A stretch of 64,000 nt of DNA. It comes from an uncultured Actinomycetota bacterium (GTDB taxonomy: Bacteria > Actinomycetota > Actinomycetes > JAHEKZ01). The notes under the pieces are model-generated. The model did no database searches and was not told the origin of the DNA. It worked only from the letters and a program-made list of their open reading frames with translations. Both the position numbers and the translations under genes were made by a program. How positions within the stretch are numbered: position 1 is the first letter of the stretch; every line of letters begins with the position of its first letter. Below are positions 42,846 through 53,308 of the stretch, in pieces. Location of the stretch: the NCBI GenBank assembly GCA_963712425.1, contig CAVQHW010000004.1:308390-372389 (forward strand), read 5' to 3'.

Positions 42846-43979
42846 TCACTTGCTCACCTGGGGTTCGCAGACAGTGTCGTATGCATCGAGGACTCGCTCG
42901 ACGGCTTCGTTCTCATCGGGCCAGTTAGCCGCAAGCGCACGGGCACGATCGGCTCGGTCTCGCGCGACTTCAGGATGGTCCAGCACATCTCGGATGGCGG
43001 CGGCGAGTGCGTTCGGATCGCGCGGAGGGACAAGGAGCGCCTCTGACCCAACGAGTTCAGGGATGCCTCCTACCGACGTCGCCACGACAGGCAGGCCCGC
43101 AAGAACTGCTTCCTGCACCACCAGCGCTCGTGCCTCCCACACGCTCGACAGCACGAAGACGTCGGCCGCATTCATCAGGTCGGCAACGTCTGCTCGTCGT
43201 CCCAGCATGCGACTGCGAACCGCCAGTGACCCCGACAGTTCGGCTATCGAATCCGCGTCTGGGCCATCGCCAGCAATGACGAGCACGGGCTGCGGAACCC
43301 GCGACTGCAGTTGTGCCATCGCGGAGAGAAGGGTCGGGTAGTCCTTTTGCCCATGCAGCCTGCCGACCGCGAGCACCATCGGTTCGTCGCCGACCCCGAT
43401 GGCCTGCCGCACCTCATCCCGAGCTGCCTTGACAACAGCAGGTGTCGGCGCCGCAACAGCTCCGAGCTCGGCACGGCCGCCGAGGGCAACAGCCCGTTCG
43501 ACCAGATCAGTGGACGCCCCGAGGTTCAGGGTGGCTCCGCGCGCGACCGACTGCTCGACCCGGTGCATCACCTGCCCTCGAACACCACCGTCGAGCACCT
43601 GGTTGTGCCACGTCACGACCAAGGGAACCGACGCGCGACGCACCCCGGCAACCGGCCATGCCGCCCCCGCTCCTGCGCTCAGGGCGACGAGCCCGGCGCG
43701 AAATCCGTGGGCATGAACCACGTCGGCACCGCGGACCCACCTCGCCACCTGACGAGCCACCACAAGATCCTTCGGCGAGGGCGTCACGCCGATCGCGGCT
43801 TCGACGAAGCGTGCACCGGTACTCGCGAAGTCGAACACTTCGTCTGCCTGGGCGGGCGCGGCGACCACCACCCGATGACCGCGTGACACCAGACCGAACG
43901 CGAGCGATCGGACGTGCTGCCCGATACCGCCGGTGCTCGTACCGAGAATGAGCAGTACCCGCCGAGGTTCACTCGTCAC
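42846..43979 (-). CDS. Glycosyltransferase family 4 (GT-B)
   Basis: GGIGQHV, VVHAHG, VTWHN, VGRL..QKDY and SVWEARALVVQEA..AGLPVVAT.VGG. Confidence 0.92.
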   Translation of the reverse strand: MTSEPRRVLLILGTSTGGIGQHVRSLAFGLVSRGHRVVVAAPAQADEVFDFASTGARFVEAAIGVTPSPKDLVVARQVARWVRGADVVHAHGFRAGLVALSAGAGAAWPVAGVRRASVPLVVTWHNQVLDGGVRGQVMHRVEQSVARGATLNLGASTDLVERAVALGGRAELGAVAAPTPAVVKAARDEVRQAIGVGDEPMVLAVGRLHGQKDYPTLLSAMAQLQSRVPQPVLVIAGDGPDADSIAELSGSLAVRSRMLGRRADVADLMNAADVFVLSSVWEARALVVQEAVLAGLPVVATSVGGIPELVGSEALLVPPRDPNALAAAIRDVLDHPEVARDRADRARALAANWPDENEAVERVLDAYDTVCEPQVSK

Positions 43980-45615
43980 TGTCCACCACAGCCTTGCGCC
44001 GCGACCGCATGCGCAACAGCGTACGAGCCGACGATGGATCGACGAGCAGAACCACACCGCCCACGACGAGTGCCGATACCAAGCCGACCAGCGCCGTCTG
44101 AAGCAGGGCCATGGCAATCGAGGTGCTGTCGTCAAGGAGCGTGTGGCCAAGCCAACCGACGGCTAATGCCGCGAGACCAGCGCCAAGAGTCAGCTTCGCC
44201 ACTCCTGCCACGGCTTGAGACCCCTCCACACGCACCACAGTGAGCACGAGGATCACCGCAGCCACGACGAGCCCAGCACTGAACCCGACCCCGATGGCGC
44301 GAGCCACCTCGGCCGCGTCGCTCGCCTCGCGAACGAGCACCCATGCCACGACGAGCCCAACAACCCAACCGGCCACTGTTCCTGCCGCCGCAAGCGGAGC
44401 CTGGTGAGAGGCCGCGAGGACCCGGACGAGGTGCCCTTGCACCCCGTAGGCAAGGACGCCAGGAGCGAGCGCGACCAAGAAGGTGGCGAGTGGGATCACA
44501 GCCGGCTCACCTGGCGCGCCTTTGAGCATGATCGATGCCAATGGCACAGATGCTGCCGCAAGACCCGCGGCGCCTATCGCAGATACCCCAACGACTGCAC
44601 GCAGGCTCACAGCAGTCGCACGCGCCGCACCGTTGCGGTCGTTGCGCGCGTGGAGTGTCGATATTCGTGGAAAGGTGCTGGTCGCGATGGGAAGTGCGAG
44701 AACTGACCACGGAAGCAGGAAGATCGTCCATGCCAAAGCAAAGATGAGTGCGCTGCCCTCGCCTCCATAGACGTTGCTCCAGCGGATCGCAGCCGCGTAG
44801 GCGACCCACTGCGATCCAACGACGATGGCTCCGCTCCACGCGAGCGTCCCCGCCTGCATCGCCTGGCCAGCAGGAAAGTGCAGCGTAGGAAGCACAATGA
44901 GTCGCGCCCTAACCAGCGCTGGTATCTGCACCAGCAGCAACACGACAACGCCCAGCGTGGTACCGCCGGCGAGGACCCAGAACTCGGCGTCCGTCAACGT
45001 GCCAAGCGATCGGTCAGGTCCGGCCATTTCGGCGTAGACGAGGTAGCTGCCAATCACGACCAGACTCGAAATGGCCGGCGCGACAGCTGGCGCAAAGAAG
45101 CGATGGTGCGCCTGCAAGGCTCCCTGCGCGATCACGGTGGCGCCGTACACGGGGATCTGTAGCAAGAACACCCACAACATCTCAGTGGCGACCATAGAGG
45201 TGTCGCTGGGACAGTTCGCGGTACTCCCGAGCAGCAGGTCGATGACCCACCCTGATGCGAGGTACATCACCGCCGTGATCGGAACTAGCAACAGCAGCGC
45301 CCAGCCATGAAGTGCCGCGGTCATTTCACGTACCCGCTGATGGTCGGTCTCGCGACTGCGGGCAATCAGTGGCACAACAACTGCAACTAGTGCTCCACCG
45401 ACCACAAGTTCGTAGACGATGTTGGGTACCGCATTTGCGGTGACATAGGCCGTGCTCAGGCACGTTGTACCAAGGGTCTGTGCAAGAAAGACAAACCGTA
45501 GGAACCCGATGATGCGAGCCACCACGGTGATGCCAGCGATCAGCAGGGCAGCGCTGACCCAGCTAGGAGTTCCCTGCGCGCTCGCTTGCCGAGCGTCGCC
45601 CTCGGCGCTGCTCAT
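43969..45615 (-). CDS. MurJ/MviN-like lipid-linked precursor flippase (MOP superfamily)
   Basis: ARIIGFLR, AYVTANAVPNIVYELVVGGAL and LPWSVLALPIATSTFP. About 14 TM segments. Confidence 0.87.
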   Translation of the reverse strand: MSSAEGDARQASAQGTPSWVSAALLIAGITVVARIIGFLRFVFLAQTLGTTCLSTAYVTANAVPNIVYELVVGGALVAVVVPLIARSRETDHQRVREMTAALHGWALLLLVPITAVMYLASGWVIDLLLGSTANCPSDTSMVATEMLWVFLLQIPVYGATVIAQGALQAHHRFFAPAVAPAISSLVVIGSYLVYAEMAGPDRSLGTLTDAEFWVLAGGTTLGVVVLLLVQIPALVRARLIVLPTLHFPAGQAMQAGTLAWSGAIVVGSQWVAYAAAIRWSNVYGGEGSALIFALAWTIFLLPWSVLALPIATSTFPRISTLHARNDRNGAARATAVSLRAVVGVSAIGAAGLAAASVPLASIMLKGAPGEPAVIPLATFLVALAPGVLAYGVQGHLVRVLAASHQAPLAAAGTVAGWVVGLVVAWVLVREASDAAEVARAIGVGFSAGLVVAAVILVLTVVRVEGSQAVAGVAKLTLGAGLAALAVGWLGHTLLDDSTSIAMALLQTALVGLVSALVVGGVVLLVDPSSARTLLRMRSRRKAVVDSDE

Positions 45616-46451
45616 GACGAACGACGGCCCAGCCCGTCCAAGAACCGCAAGGGCGGAGTCTGCTCGATCAGCTGAGAGAAGCTGACGCGCTCGCTCAAGA
45701 GCGTCAACGCGCTGAGCGCGGCCAGCGTGGTGAACAGGCTGCTTCGGCTCATGGACGCCGCCGCGCCAACGCCCCATGCGGCACCGAGCGCGTTGGCGCC
45801 CGTGTCCCCCAACATCGCGCGTTCTGCCAGGTCATCGCCGATAGTCGCGGCGACGGCTCCGACCGGGCCAGCAACCACTGTGCCGAACCCGCTGCGTCCA
45901 CCGGCCGTTTCACTGACCAGCGGAACTGCGGACGCGAGCAGGAAGGCTTTCGAAGCTCGACCAGGACGCAGGTCAAGGAGGTTTGCCATGTTGGCCGAAC
46001 CTGCGACGACGCCACCGGCGAGGATGGCATCGACCACTCCGCCGCGCCCCCGACGAGCGGCCGCCCCTACCAGTAGGCCCGTTGCCATCAAACCGAAGAG
46101 CTTGACCGATCCTGTGGTCACGGTGCCGCTTCGCAGTTCACCAAGGTGGCCTCGTAAACCCTTAACGTCAGTGGCGCCCGTGAGGTCGTCGAGCGCGCCG
46201 AGAGCAGACGCCGCGGCGATTCCGGCGAACGCCGCAGAACGTGCCCCAGCGGGCTCACATGGCGCAATCAACAGACTGGCCAGTGCTCCAGCGGCCACCG
46301 CTGGGCCTTCCGCCAAGGTCACAGGTTCGCCGCGGTGGTTCGTGCGTTGCCATCGTTCCGCAGAGCTGCTCTGCTGGATGGCGGTGTACGTGCGTCGTGC
46401 GACGAAGCCTCCGACTGCCGCACTAGCCAATCGTCGCAGCACCGTCAGCAC
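45612..46451 (-). CDS. MraY/WecA-like polyprenyl-phosphate phosphotransferase (PNPT-like)
   Basis: RTNHRG, LGALDDL (DD motif), ANMANLLDLRPGRA (compare NxxNxxDGxDG) and MLGDTGANALG (compare FMGDTGSxxLG). Confidence 0.75.
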   Translation of the reverse strand: MLTVLRRLASAAVGGFVARRTYTAIQQSSSAERWQRTNHRGEPVTLAEGPAVAAGALASLLIAPCEPAGARSAAFAGIAAASALGALDDLTGATDVKGLRGHLGELRSGTVTTGSVKLFGLMATGLLVGAAARRGRGGVVDAILAGGVVAGSANMANLLDLRPGRASKAFLLASAVPLVSETAGGRSGFGTVVAGPVGAVAATIGDDLAERAMLGDTGANALGAAWGVGAAASMSRSSLFTTLAALSALTLLSERVSFSQLIEQTPPLRFLDGLGRRSS

Positions 46452-46453
46452 CG

Positions 46454-47371
46454 TCAGCCCCGCGGCAACGGGTCGGGAGCGGGGCCGTCTGACCCTTCGC
46501 CGGTTCCGTAATGGCCGACACCGCCAGCGATCTGTTCGGCAAGCGCGGCGATCGTGACGGTCACACCGTTGGCGGTCTCGAGTCGGTCCTCACTCGAGAT
46601 CACTCCATCGATGTCCGACGAACGCAGAACCCCAATCACTCCCGACGATGCGTCGCTGCCGGCCGGTGCACTGAGAACTGTGCCAACACCGGCCTCGTCG
46701 AACGCTGCCAGAAGGGGTACGACGAACCGATCCGCATTCTCGACCGAGCCGTCAGGCCCGATCACGATGGCGGTGTCTGCCCGTACCACCTCGTCCTCGT
46801 CCGCCGAGATGAAGCCTTCGCCTTCAAGAGCGATCAATCCGTCGACCCCCTCGAGGGTGACTTCACCAACCCCTCGCTCATCCTGCGTGAGGAGTGCCTC
46901 GGCGAGTACTTGACTGGCAAGCTCGTATGGCTCTTCATCTCTGCCGGCGCGCTCAAACCCTTCAGCGACGCGAGCCAAGACTTCAGCCTGGTCGGGGTCA
47001 GCCCACGCCGGTTCGATGGTCACTCGCTCGGCGACCTCGCCGCTCGCCGCATTGACGGCGTCTTCGACGGCATCAACGTGGTCCCCGTCAGCGTCCGGTA
47101 GCACGATGAGTGTCGTCACATGTGTTGTGAGCAAGTCTTCGATGAGCACCGGTTGCGCGATCTCGGCAAACCGCTCGTTGTAGTCGAGCTCTGAGCGCAA
47201 TGCCGACACTTCGTCTTGCAGCTCGACCTTCTCTTGGCCCAGCTGCTCAGTGCGGTCCTCAAGGAACCCGCTGATGTCGTCCTTGAGTGGCCCAGAACCC
47301 AGCACGATCCCGACAGCCAGTGCCAAGAACACTGCCACCATCGATACGACGTGGTAGCGGAAGTCGATCAC
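46454..47371 (-). CDS. steB: SteB / MctB (DUF3186) family protein
   Basis: IDFRYHVVSMVAVFLALAVGIVLG N-terminus, coiled coil, C-terminal GHYG. Follows steA. Confidence 0.88.
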   Translation of the reverse strand: MIDFRYHVVSMVAVFLALAVGIVLGSGPLKDDISGFLEDRTEQLGQEKVELQDEVSALRSELDYNERFAEIAQPVLIEDLLTTHVTTLIVLPDADGDHVDAVEDAVNAASGEVAERVTIEPAWADPDQAEVLARVAEGFERAGRDEEPYELASQVLAEALLTQDERGVGEVTLEGVDGLIALEGEGFISADEDEVVRADTAIVIGPDGSVENADRFVVPLLAAFDEAGVGTVLSAPAGSDASSGVIGVLRSSDIDGVISSEDRLETANGVTVTIAALAEQIAGGVGHYGTGEGSDGPAPDPLPRG

Positions 47372-47411
47372 GTTGCCGTCCGTTCTGTTGCGTGTGGGTC
47401 GGCGTGGCTTG

Positions 47412-48584
47412 TCACCCGGTAACCCAGAACACCAGGTCGTTCCACCAGGACTCGACGAGGTCAAAGAAACTGCGACCGGCAGTCGTGGACACCATGGCGA
47501 CAATCAGCGCCGCCATCCCTGCTGCCAAGAGCAACACCAGCTGCCACGTAGAGATTCGGCTGCGATAGAGCCGGCTGACACCCTTCGCGTCGATGAGCTT
47601 GCCGCCGACTCGTAGTCGCGTCAGGAAGGTACTCGCCATGCCAGCGCGACCCTTGTCAAGAAACTCCACCAGTGTCACGTGGCTGCCGACCGCAACGATG
47701 AGTGAAGCGCCCTTGTCGTCAGCCAACAACATGGCGACGTCTTCGCTCGTGCCGGTGGCGGGAAACACGATCGGGTCGACACCGAGCGCCTCGACTCTCT
47801 CCAGGCCAGGCGCGCGACCGTCGCGATACGCGTGAACGACGACCTCAGCTCCAGCACTGAGCGCCTCGTCAGACACCGAGTCCATGTCACCGACGATGAG
47901 ATCAGGTCGATACCCCAACTCGAGAAGCGCATCGGCGCCACCGTCGACGCCGATCAGCACCGGTCGGTACTCGCGAATGTAGGGCCGAAGCGTCTGGAGG
48001 TCTTCTTTGTAGTGATAGCCGCGAACGACGATCAACACATGACGATCGTCGATCTCAGTCGCAATGTCAGGGACGCCGACTCCGTCGATCAGCAGGTCAC
48101 GCTCTTGGCGCAAGTACTCCATCGTGTTGCTGGCGAACGCTTCGAGCTGCACGGAGAGCCCTGCGCGGGCTTCCTCCATCGCCTGCTTGACGATCTCGGC
48201 ATCGAGCAGTTGGCCCTCGGCGACGACGACACCGTCGTGCATCAGTCGGTCACCGTCGAGGACGACGGTGTCACCGTCTTTCAACCGCCCGAAGACGTCA
48301 GGACCAACGTCGTCCAAGATGGGGATGCCAGCTTCGACAAGTATTTCTGGGCCAAGGTTCGGATAGCGGCCGCTGATACTGGCCGAGGCGTTGACCACGA
48401 CAGCAGGCGCACACGACACCAAGCCTTCGGCAGCTACTCGATCGATGTCGAGGTGATCGATGACGGCCACCTCGCCGGCACGCAGCCGCTTAGTCAGGTC
48501 CTTCGTGCGCTTGTCGAGGCGGGCAGCACCATTCGGCTCAGGTCCATCAACCGGAGCCGAACGTCGCAAGAGGGAAAGGCGCAC
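47412..48584 (-). CDS. steA: Cytokinetic ring protein SteA (thiamine pyrophosphokinase-like domain)
   Basis: DKRTKDLTKRL, SISGRYPNLGP, IGVDGGADAL, FLTRLRVGGKLIDAKGVS and a C-terminal TM helix. Confidence 0.92.
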   Translation of the reverse strand: MRLSLLRRSAPVDGPEPNGAARLDKRTKDLTKRLRAGEVAVIDHLDIDRVAAEGLVSCAPAVVVNASASISGRYPNLGPEILVEAGIPILDDVGPDVFGRLKDGDTVVLDGDRLMHDGVVVAEGQLLDAEIVKQAMEEARAGLSVQLEAFASNTMEYLRQERDLLIDGVGVPDIATEIDDRHVLIVVRGYHYKEDLQTLRPYIREYRPVLIGVDGGADALLELGYRPDLIVGDMDSVSDEALSAGAEVVVHAYRDGRAPGLERVEALGVDPIVFPATGTSEDVAMLLADDKGASLIVAVGSHVTLVEFLDKGRAGMASTFLTRLRVGGKLIDAKGVSRLYRSRISTWQLVLLLAAGMAALIVAMVSTTAGRSFFDLVESWWNDLVFWVTG

Positions 48585-48638
48585 CCCGTCATCCTGCCAG
48601 AGGGACGCCTCGTCAACCCGTCACCTAGCGGTGCGCGT

Positions 48639-49683
48639 TCAGTTCTGAAGCAGCACCGCGTCAACGCCCACCGTGGGCCGAGAGTCTGGGGATCGATTGA
48701 CAATCGTTATCGACGCGCCCCGGTCGATCGGAAGCTTGCTTGCCCACACCACTCGAGCCGGCCTCCGCTCCGCAGAGTACAGATTCACGGTGTCCACCAA
48801 CCGCCCGTCAACGAGGACGTCGGCTCGACCCCTACGAGGCCCAGTGCTCGTCACCCACCCGACGGATCGGCCCTCGACGCGTGACGCGGATGCGATCGCC
48901 GGCTTTTGTGCTGACCCACTCAGACCCGTCAACGGCTGCGGCGTCACGCGAGAGCTTCCAGCCATCAGACCGAGTGATGTCGCGCCATGCCACCGGTGCC
49001 ACATACCCATCACGCGGAGTCTTCGCCACGCGACCAACGCCATCGACAAGCCAGATCCGCCATACCAACTCAGAGCGCGGGGCCATCGTGAAGTCGAAGT
49101 GGGTGCGCGACGGTGACGTGCTGTAGCAGCACTCGGCGTTGGGCCCGAACCTCACCTCGGTGATGCCGGTCCCCTCGTCAGTTCCCGTCCACGTGAAGCG
49201 CATCGGATAGCCGTCTTGCGTCACAGGTCCGGGACGCAACAGCAGGCGCGGGAAGGACGTGAACACCGGCGAGACCTTGTCGACAACAACGTCCAGTGTG
49301 TGCGTTGACGTTCGTCGATTGCCTGAGGCGTCGATGGCGACAACGCTCACCTGATGCGTCCCCTCGGGAACGTCAACGCGCTTGGTGACCGTGGTGTAGC
49401 CGACCCCCTCGGTCACGATGCGATGGACAGCTCCATCCAGCATGACTTCGTACGTGACAGCCGACTCTTCATCAGTCGCCGTCTGCCACGTGATGTAGAT
49501 GTTGCTGTAGGGGGAAGCAACGGAGTAGCCGGTTTGGTAGTCCCCCAGGTCAGGAAGGATGTCGAACACACCAGGAGGGGTCGTGTCATCGCCAGCCGCC
49601 GTCGCTGGAACGGCTGGCCATGCGGCCAGCAGCATGAGGGTGCCTAAGGCACCCGTCAGCCACCGCGCTCTGGCTCCCGCCAC
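48639..49683 (-). CDS. Secreted beta-sandwich (FnIII/Ig-like) protein (frameshift near 48885)
   Basis: Signal peptide ending PATAA, DTTPP...ITW.TATD...YEV...VVAIDASGN FnIII-like pattern. A shifted frame continues VEGRSVGWVTSTGPRRGRADVLVDG...VDAVLLQN. Confidence 0.75.
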
Positions 49684-49825
49684 GAATTGGCCCTCCCCTT
49701 GGGCGACGTGACCCCCTCGACCACGCCTGCCGTTCCATGGTGAGTGGCGGCCGTCGACCGCATCGGAACACCGCAGCAACAGCACCCGAATGGCTCAACC
49801 GGACAAAGTGGACGCGACGCTGGCC

Positions 49826-51532
49826 TCAACTCGACTGCCGCGCCACCTCGAGCAGCTCTTCAGCGTGTGCCTGACCGCTGGATGACTCCGACAGTCCTGC
49901 CAGCATCCGCGTCAGCTCTCTCACCCGCTCGCCCTGATCGAGCTCACGAACTCCGCTGGCAGTGACGCCCCCAGATGTGGACTTCTCGACGAGCCAGTGG
50001 CGATCAGCAAAAGCTGCTACTTGCGGCAGGTGCGTAACGACCAGCACCTGACGTGATCGTCCGAGGCGTGCCAAGCGCCTACCTACTTCGACGGCAGCTG
50101 AGCCGCCCACTCCGGCGTCCACCTCATCGAAGACGACCGTCGGCACCGGGTCGGCTCCAGCAAGGACCACCTCGATCGCCAACATGACTCGTGACAACTC
50201 ACCACCACTGGCACCCCGGTGAACCGGTGAAGCAGGCGCACCCGTGTGGGGCCTGAGCAAGAAGCTCACATCGTCAAGCCCGGACGCCGACGGCACATGC
50301 TCGACCGCGTCACTTGCGTCACTAGCGCCGCGGCGAGTCATGAGCACCTCGAAGGTCGCATCTGGCATTGCCAGTGACGCGAGTTCACCCGTCACCCCGT
50401 CAGCCAATCGGATCGCCGCTGCCGCGCGCTGGGCGCTCAGGTCACGCGCCACTCGCACCCAACCGTCCAATGCCTGCTGCAGCTCGGATTCGAGTTCGGC
50501 GAGGCGGTCATCGGTGCCCGTCACCACTTCGAGCCTCTTGCTCGCATCGGCTGCCCAGGCCAGCACCGTGCTCAGCTCAGGTCCGTACTTTCGCTGGAGT
50601 GCCGAGATCGCAGCACGCCGCTCCTGCACCTCTGCGAGCCGAGCGGGGTCGGCTTCGACGCTGCTGTGATAACTGTTGAGCTCGCTGGCCAGGTCACTGA
50701 CGAGGTAGCCGAGGTCTGCCAGTCGACTCGCCATCGCGTCGAGGGTGGGATCGTGCGCTCGAACGGCGTCCAGCAGCGGTTGCAGCTCGCCGACTTGCTG
50801 CGAAACCGACCCATCGTTCTCAGCCAACTGCAACGCGACAGACAGGGCCGCCTGCTTGAGCTCGACGGCATGCGCCAAGCGCTCTTCCTCAGCCAACAAC
50901 TCGGCGTCTTCGCCTGGCTGCGGGGCCACGGCTCCGATCTCATCGAGGCCAAACCGCAACAGATCAGCCTCGCGCCGGTGCTCTTGCCGAGCGGCGACGA
51001 GCTCGTCTCGTTCAGAACGCAGACTTCGCCAGCGTTCAAACTCACTGGCGACCGTGCCAGCCAAGTCGGTGAGATCACCGAACCGATCGAGTAGTTCACG
51101 CTGGTGGGACGCCGACACGAGTCGGCTTTGGTCGTGCTGTCCGTGGATCGCGACGAGCTCGCTGCCGACGTCAGTCAGCGCCCCGATCGGCACCGGTGCA
51201 CCACCCAGCGCAGCGCGCGAGCGGCCACTGGCCGCGACGGTGCGCACCACCGTGAGGGTGGAGTCGTCGTCGAGATCACCGCCGGCGTCCACCACACGAG
51301 TGACCACGTCTTTGCGGTCACCGACATCGAGAAGAGCCGTGACGCGAGCTCGCTCGGCCCCCGAGCGGACCATGTCGGACGAGCCGCGAGATCCCAGCAA
51401 CAGCTGAAGGCTGGACACCACCATCGTCTTGCCAGCGCCGGTCTCGCCGGTCAACACGGTCAGCCCTGGACCCAACTCGAGCTCAGCGGTGTCGATGACG
51501 CCGAGACCAGTGAGGGCCAGCGAGGTGATCAC
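49826..51532 (-). CDS. recN: DNA repair protein RecN
   Basis: TGETGAGKT, IHGQHDQ, ASGGELSRVMLA, FDEVDAGVGG and VTHLPQVAA. Confidence 0.96.
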   Translation of the reverse strand: MITSLALTGLGVIDTAELELGPGLTVLTGETGAGKTMVVSSLQLLLGSRGSSDMVRSGAERARVTALLDVGDRKDVVTRVVDAGGDLDDDSTLTVVRTVAASGRSRAALGGAPVPIGALTDVGSELVAIHGQHDQSRLVSASHQRELLDRFGDLTDLAGTVASEFERWRSLRSERDELVAARQEHRREADLLRFGLDEIGAVAPQPGEDAELLAEEERLAHAVELKQAALSVALQLAENDGSVSQQVGELQPLLDAVRAHDPTLDAMASRLADLGYLVSDLASELNSYHSSVEADPARLAEVQERRAAISALQRKYGPELSTVLAWAADASKRLEVVTGTDDRLAELESELQQALDGWVRVARDLSAQRAAAAIRLADGVTGELASLAMPDATFEVLMTRRGASDASDAVEHVPSASGLDDVSFLLRPHTGAPASPVHRGASGGELSRVMLAIEVVLAGADPVPTVVFDEVDAGVGGSAAVEVGRRLARLGRSRQVLVVTHLPQVAAFADRHWLVEKSTSGGVTASGVRELDQGERVRELTRMLAGLSESSSGQAHAEELLEVARQSS

Positions 51533-52500
51533 GGGGGCGGCTCGCTCACGTCGAACCCTCGGTGGGCGTCGGCGTCGTGGCCGTGGTCGGCTTCGCTGCT
51601 TCGATCCACGGTCCAGCCCTGCACGGGTAGCCCGAACTTGGCGACGAGACGCTCGGTGAATGGGGTCTGCTCGAGCCTGGCCAGCGGCACTGCCTGCGGG
51701 CTGCGGCGTACGGACACCTGTGCACCGGGAGGCAGCTCTACGCTGCGGCGTCCGTCTGCTGATAGCACCGCAGCAGCGCTCATTTTCAGTACGTCAATGC
51801 TGATCACCGACGACGGCGCGATGACGAGGGGTCTGGCGAAGAGCGCGTGCGCCGACAAGGGCACGAGCAACAACGCGTCGACATCAGGCCACACGACCGG
51901 TCCCCCTGCTGAGAACGCGTAGGCCGTTGATCCGGTCGGCGTCGCGCACACGACACCGTCACACCCCCAGCGAGAGAGCCGCCGGTGGTCGACTTCGACA
52001 CCGACTTCGATCATTCGAGCGGGAGATGCCTTCTCGACGGCGATCTCGTTGAGCGCCCACAGCCGGTGTGCCACGACGCCGTCGATCACGACGTCGGCCT
52101 CGACCGCGACCCGCGACTCGACGGTGTAGCGGCGATCGACGATGTGTTGGGCTACCCGGTCGAGGTCGTGTTGCTCGGCTTCTGCGAGAAACCCGACCCG
52201 CCCGACGTTGATGCCGAGCAGTGGCGTGCTTTGCTCTCTGGCCAACTCGGCACCACGCAGAATGGTTCCGTCACCGCCAACGACCACCACGAGTTCGACC
52301 GGTGTTGCACCGTCCCACCCCTGGACGTCAGGGATGCCGAGTTCCTGGTCCTCTGGAGCTGGAGCAAGAACGGCGATGCCCGCGTCCTGTAGCCGTTTGA
52401 TGACACGCCGAGCCGTATCAGTCGCTGATTGGCGCCCAGTATGGGTGACCAGCAGGATGCGACGGCCAGGCATCCCAGCCAACCCAGCCTTGGACGTCAC
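51529..52500 (-). CDS. ppnK: NAD kinase
   Basis: GGDGT, GINVGRVGFL, NE and TPTGSTAYAFSAGGP. Confidence 0.95.
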   Translation of the reverse strand: MTSKAGLAGMPGRRILLVTHTGRQSATDTARRVIKRLQDAGIAVLAPAPEDQELGIPDVQGWDGATPVELVVVVGGDGTILRGAELAREQSTPLLGINVGRVGFLAEAEQHDLDRVAQHIVDRRYTVESRVAVEADVVIDGVVAHRLWALNEIAVEKASPARMIEVGVEVDHRRLSRWGCDGVVCATPTGSTAYAFSAGGPVVWPDVDALLLVPLSAHALFARPLVIAPSSVISIDVLKMSAAAVLSADGRRSVELPPGAQVSVRRSPQAVPLARLEQTPFTERLVAKFGLPVQGWTVDRSSEADHGHDADAHRGFDVSEPPP

Positions 52501-53300
52501 GTCGGACCCTCCTCGATCGCTCGCTCCAGCGCTTCAGGATTGAGCGGGGGTGCATCACGCTGTAACCACAGAAAGTACTCGACATTGCCAGCTGGGCCTG
52601 GGAGCGGGCTCGCGGTGACGCCACGTGCCCCGAGGCCATACCCCTCCGCCGCTTCCGCGACTGAACCGACAGCGTCTCGGCGTTGAGTCGGGTCTCGGAC
52701 TACCCCGCCGGATGGCAGCCGCTCCTTGCCGACCTCGAACTGTGGCTTCACCATCAGCAGCAGATCCGCCTCGGCAGTGGCAATTCGTTGCAAAGCAGGG
52801 ATGACGAGCTGCAGTGAAATGAAGGACAGATCGGCAACGACGAGGTCGACGGGCCCGTCGGTGACCTCCAGGCTCACGTCGCGCACGTTGGTGCGATCGC
52901 GGACCAGCACTCGAGGGTCGTTCTGTAGCCGCCACACCAGCTGGCCGTAGCCCACGTCGACCGCCACGACCTCACGAGCGCCCTCAGACAGCAAGACATC
53001 GGTGAACCCGCCCGTGCTCGCTCCAGCGTCCAGGCATCGACGCCCAGAGATGCGAAGCCCTTCCGGCATGAAGACACGAAGGGCTCCGAGCAGTTTGTGT
53101 GCGCCGCGTGAGGCAAAGCTCGGGCCTTGATCTGCCTCAGCGACCACGATGGCTGCACTGTCAGCAACCTGAGTCGCGATCTTGTGGGCCACGATGCCTT
53201 CGACCCTGACGCGCCCGGACGCCACAAGGTCACTGGCGTCCTGCCGTGATCTCGCCAGCTTCCGGCGCACGAGCTCACTGTCGAGCCGACGCCGAGTCAT
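52497..53300 (-). CDS. tlyA: TlyA rRNA 2'-O-methyltransferase
   Basis: S4 domain RLD.ELVRR, SRGAHKL, DAGASTGGFTD, DLSFISL, KPQFE and GNVEY. Confidence 0.96.
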   Translation of the reverse strand: MTRRRLDSELVRRKLARSRQDASDLVASGRVRVEGIVAHKIATQVADSAAIVVAEADQGPSFASRGAHKLLGALRVFMPEGLRISGRRCLDAGASTGGFTDVLLSEGAREVVAVDVGYGQLVWRLQNDPRVLVRDRTNVRDVSLEVTDGPVDLVVADLSFISLQLVIPALQRIATAEADLLLMVKPQFEVGKERLPSGGVVRDPTQRRDAVGSVAEAAEGYGLGARGVTASPLPGPAGNVEYFLWLQRDAPPLNPEALERAIEEGPT

Positions 53301-53308
53301 GCCGTCGC

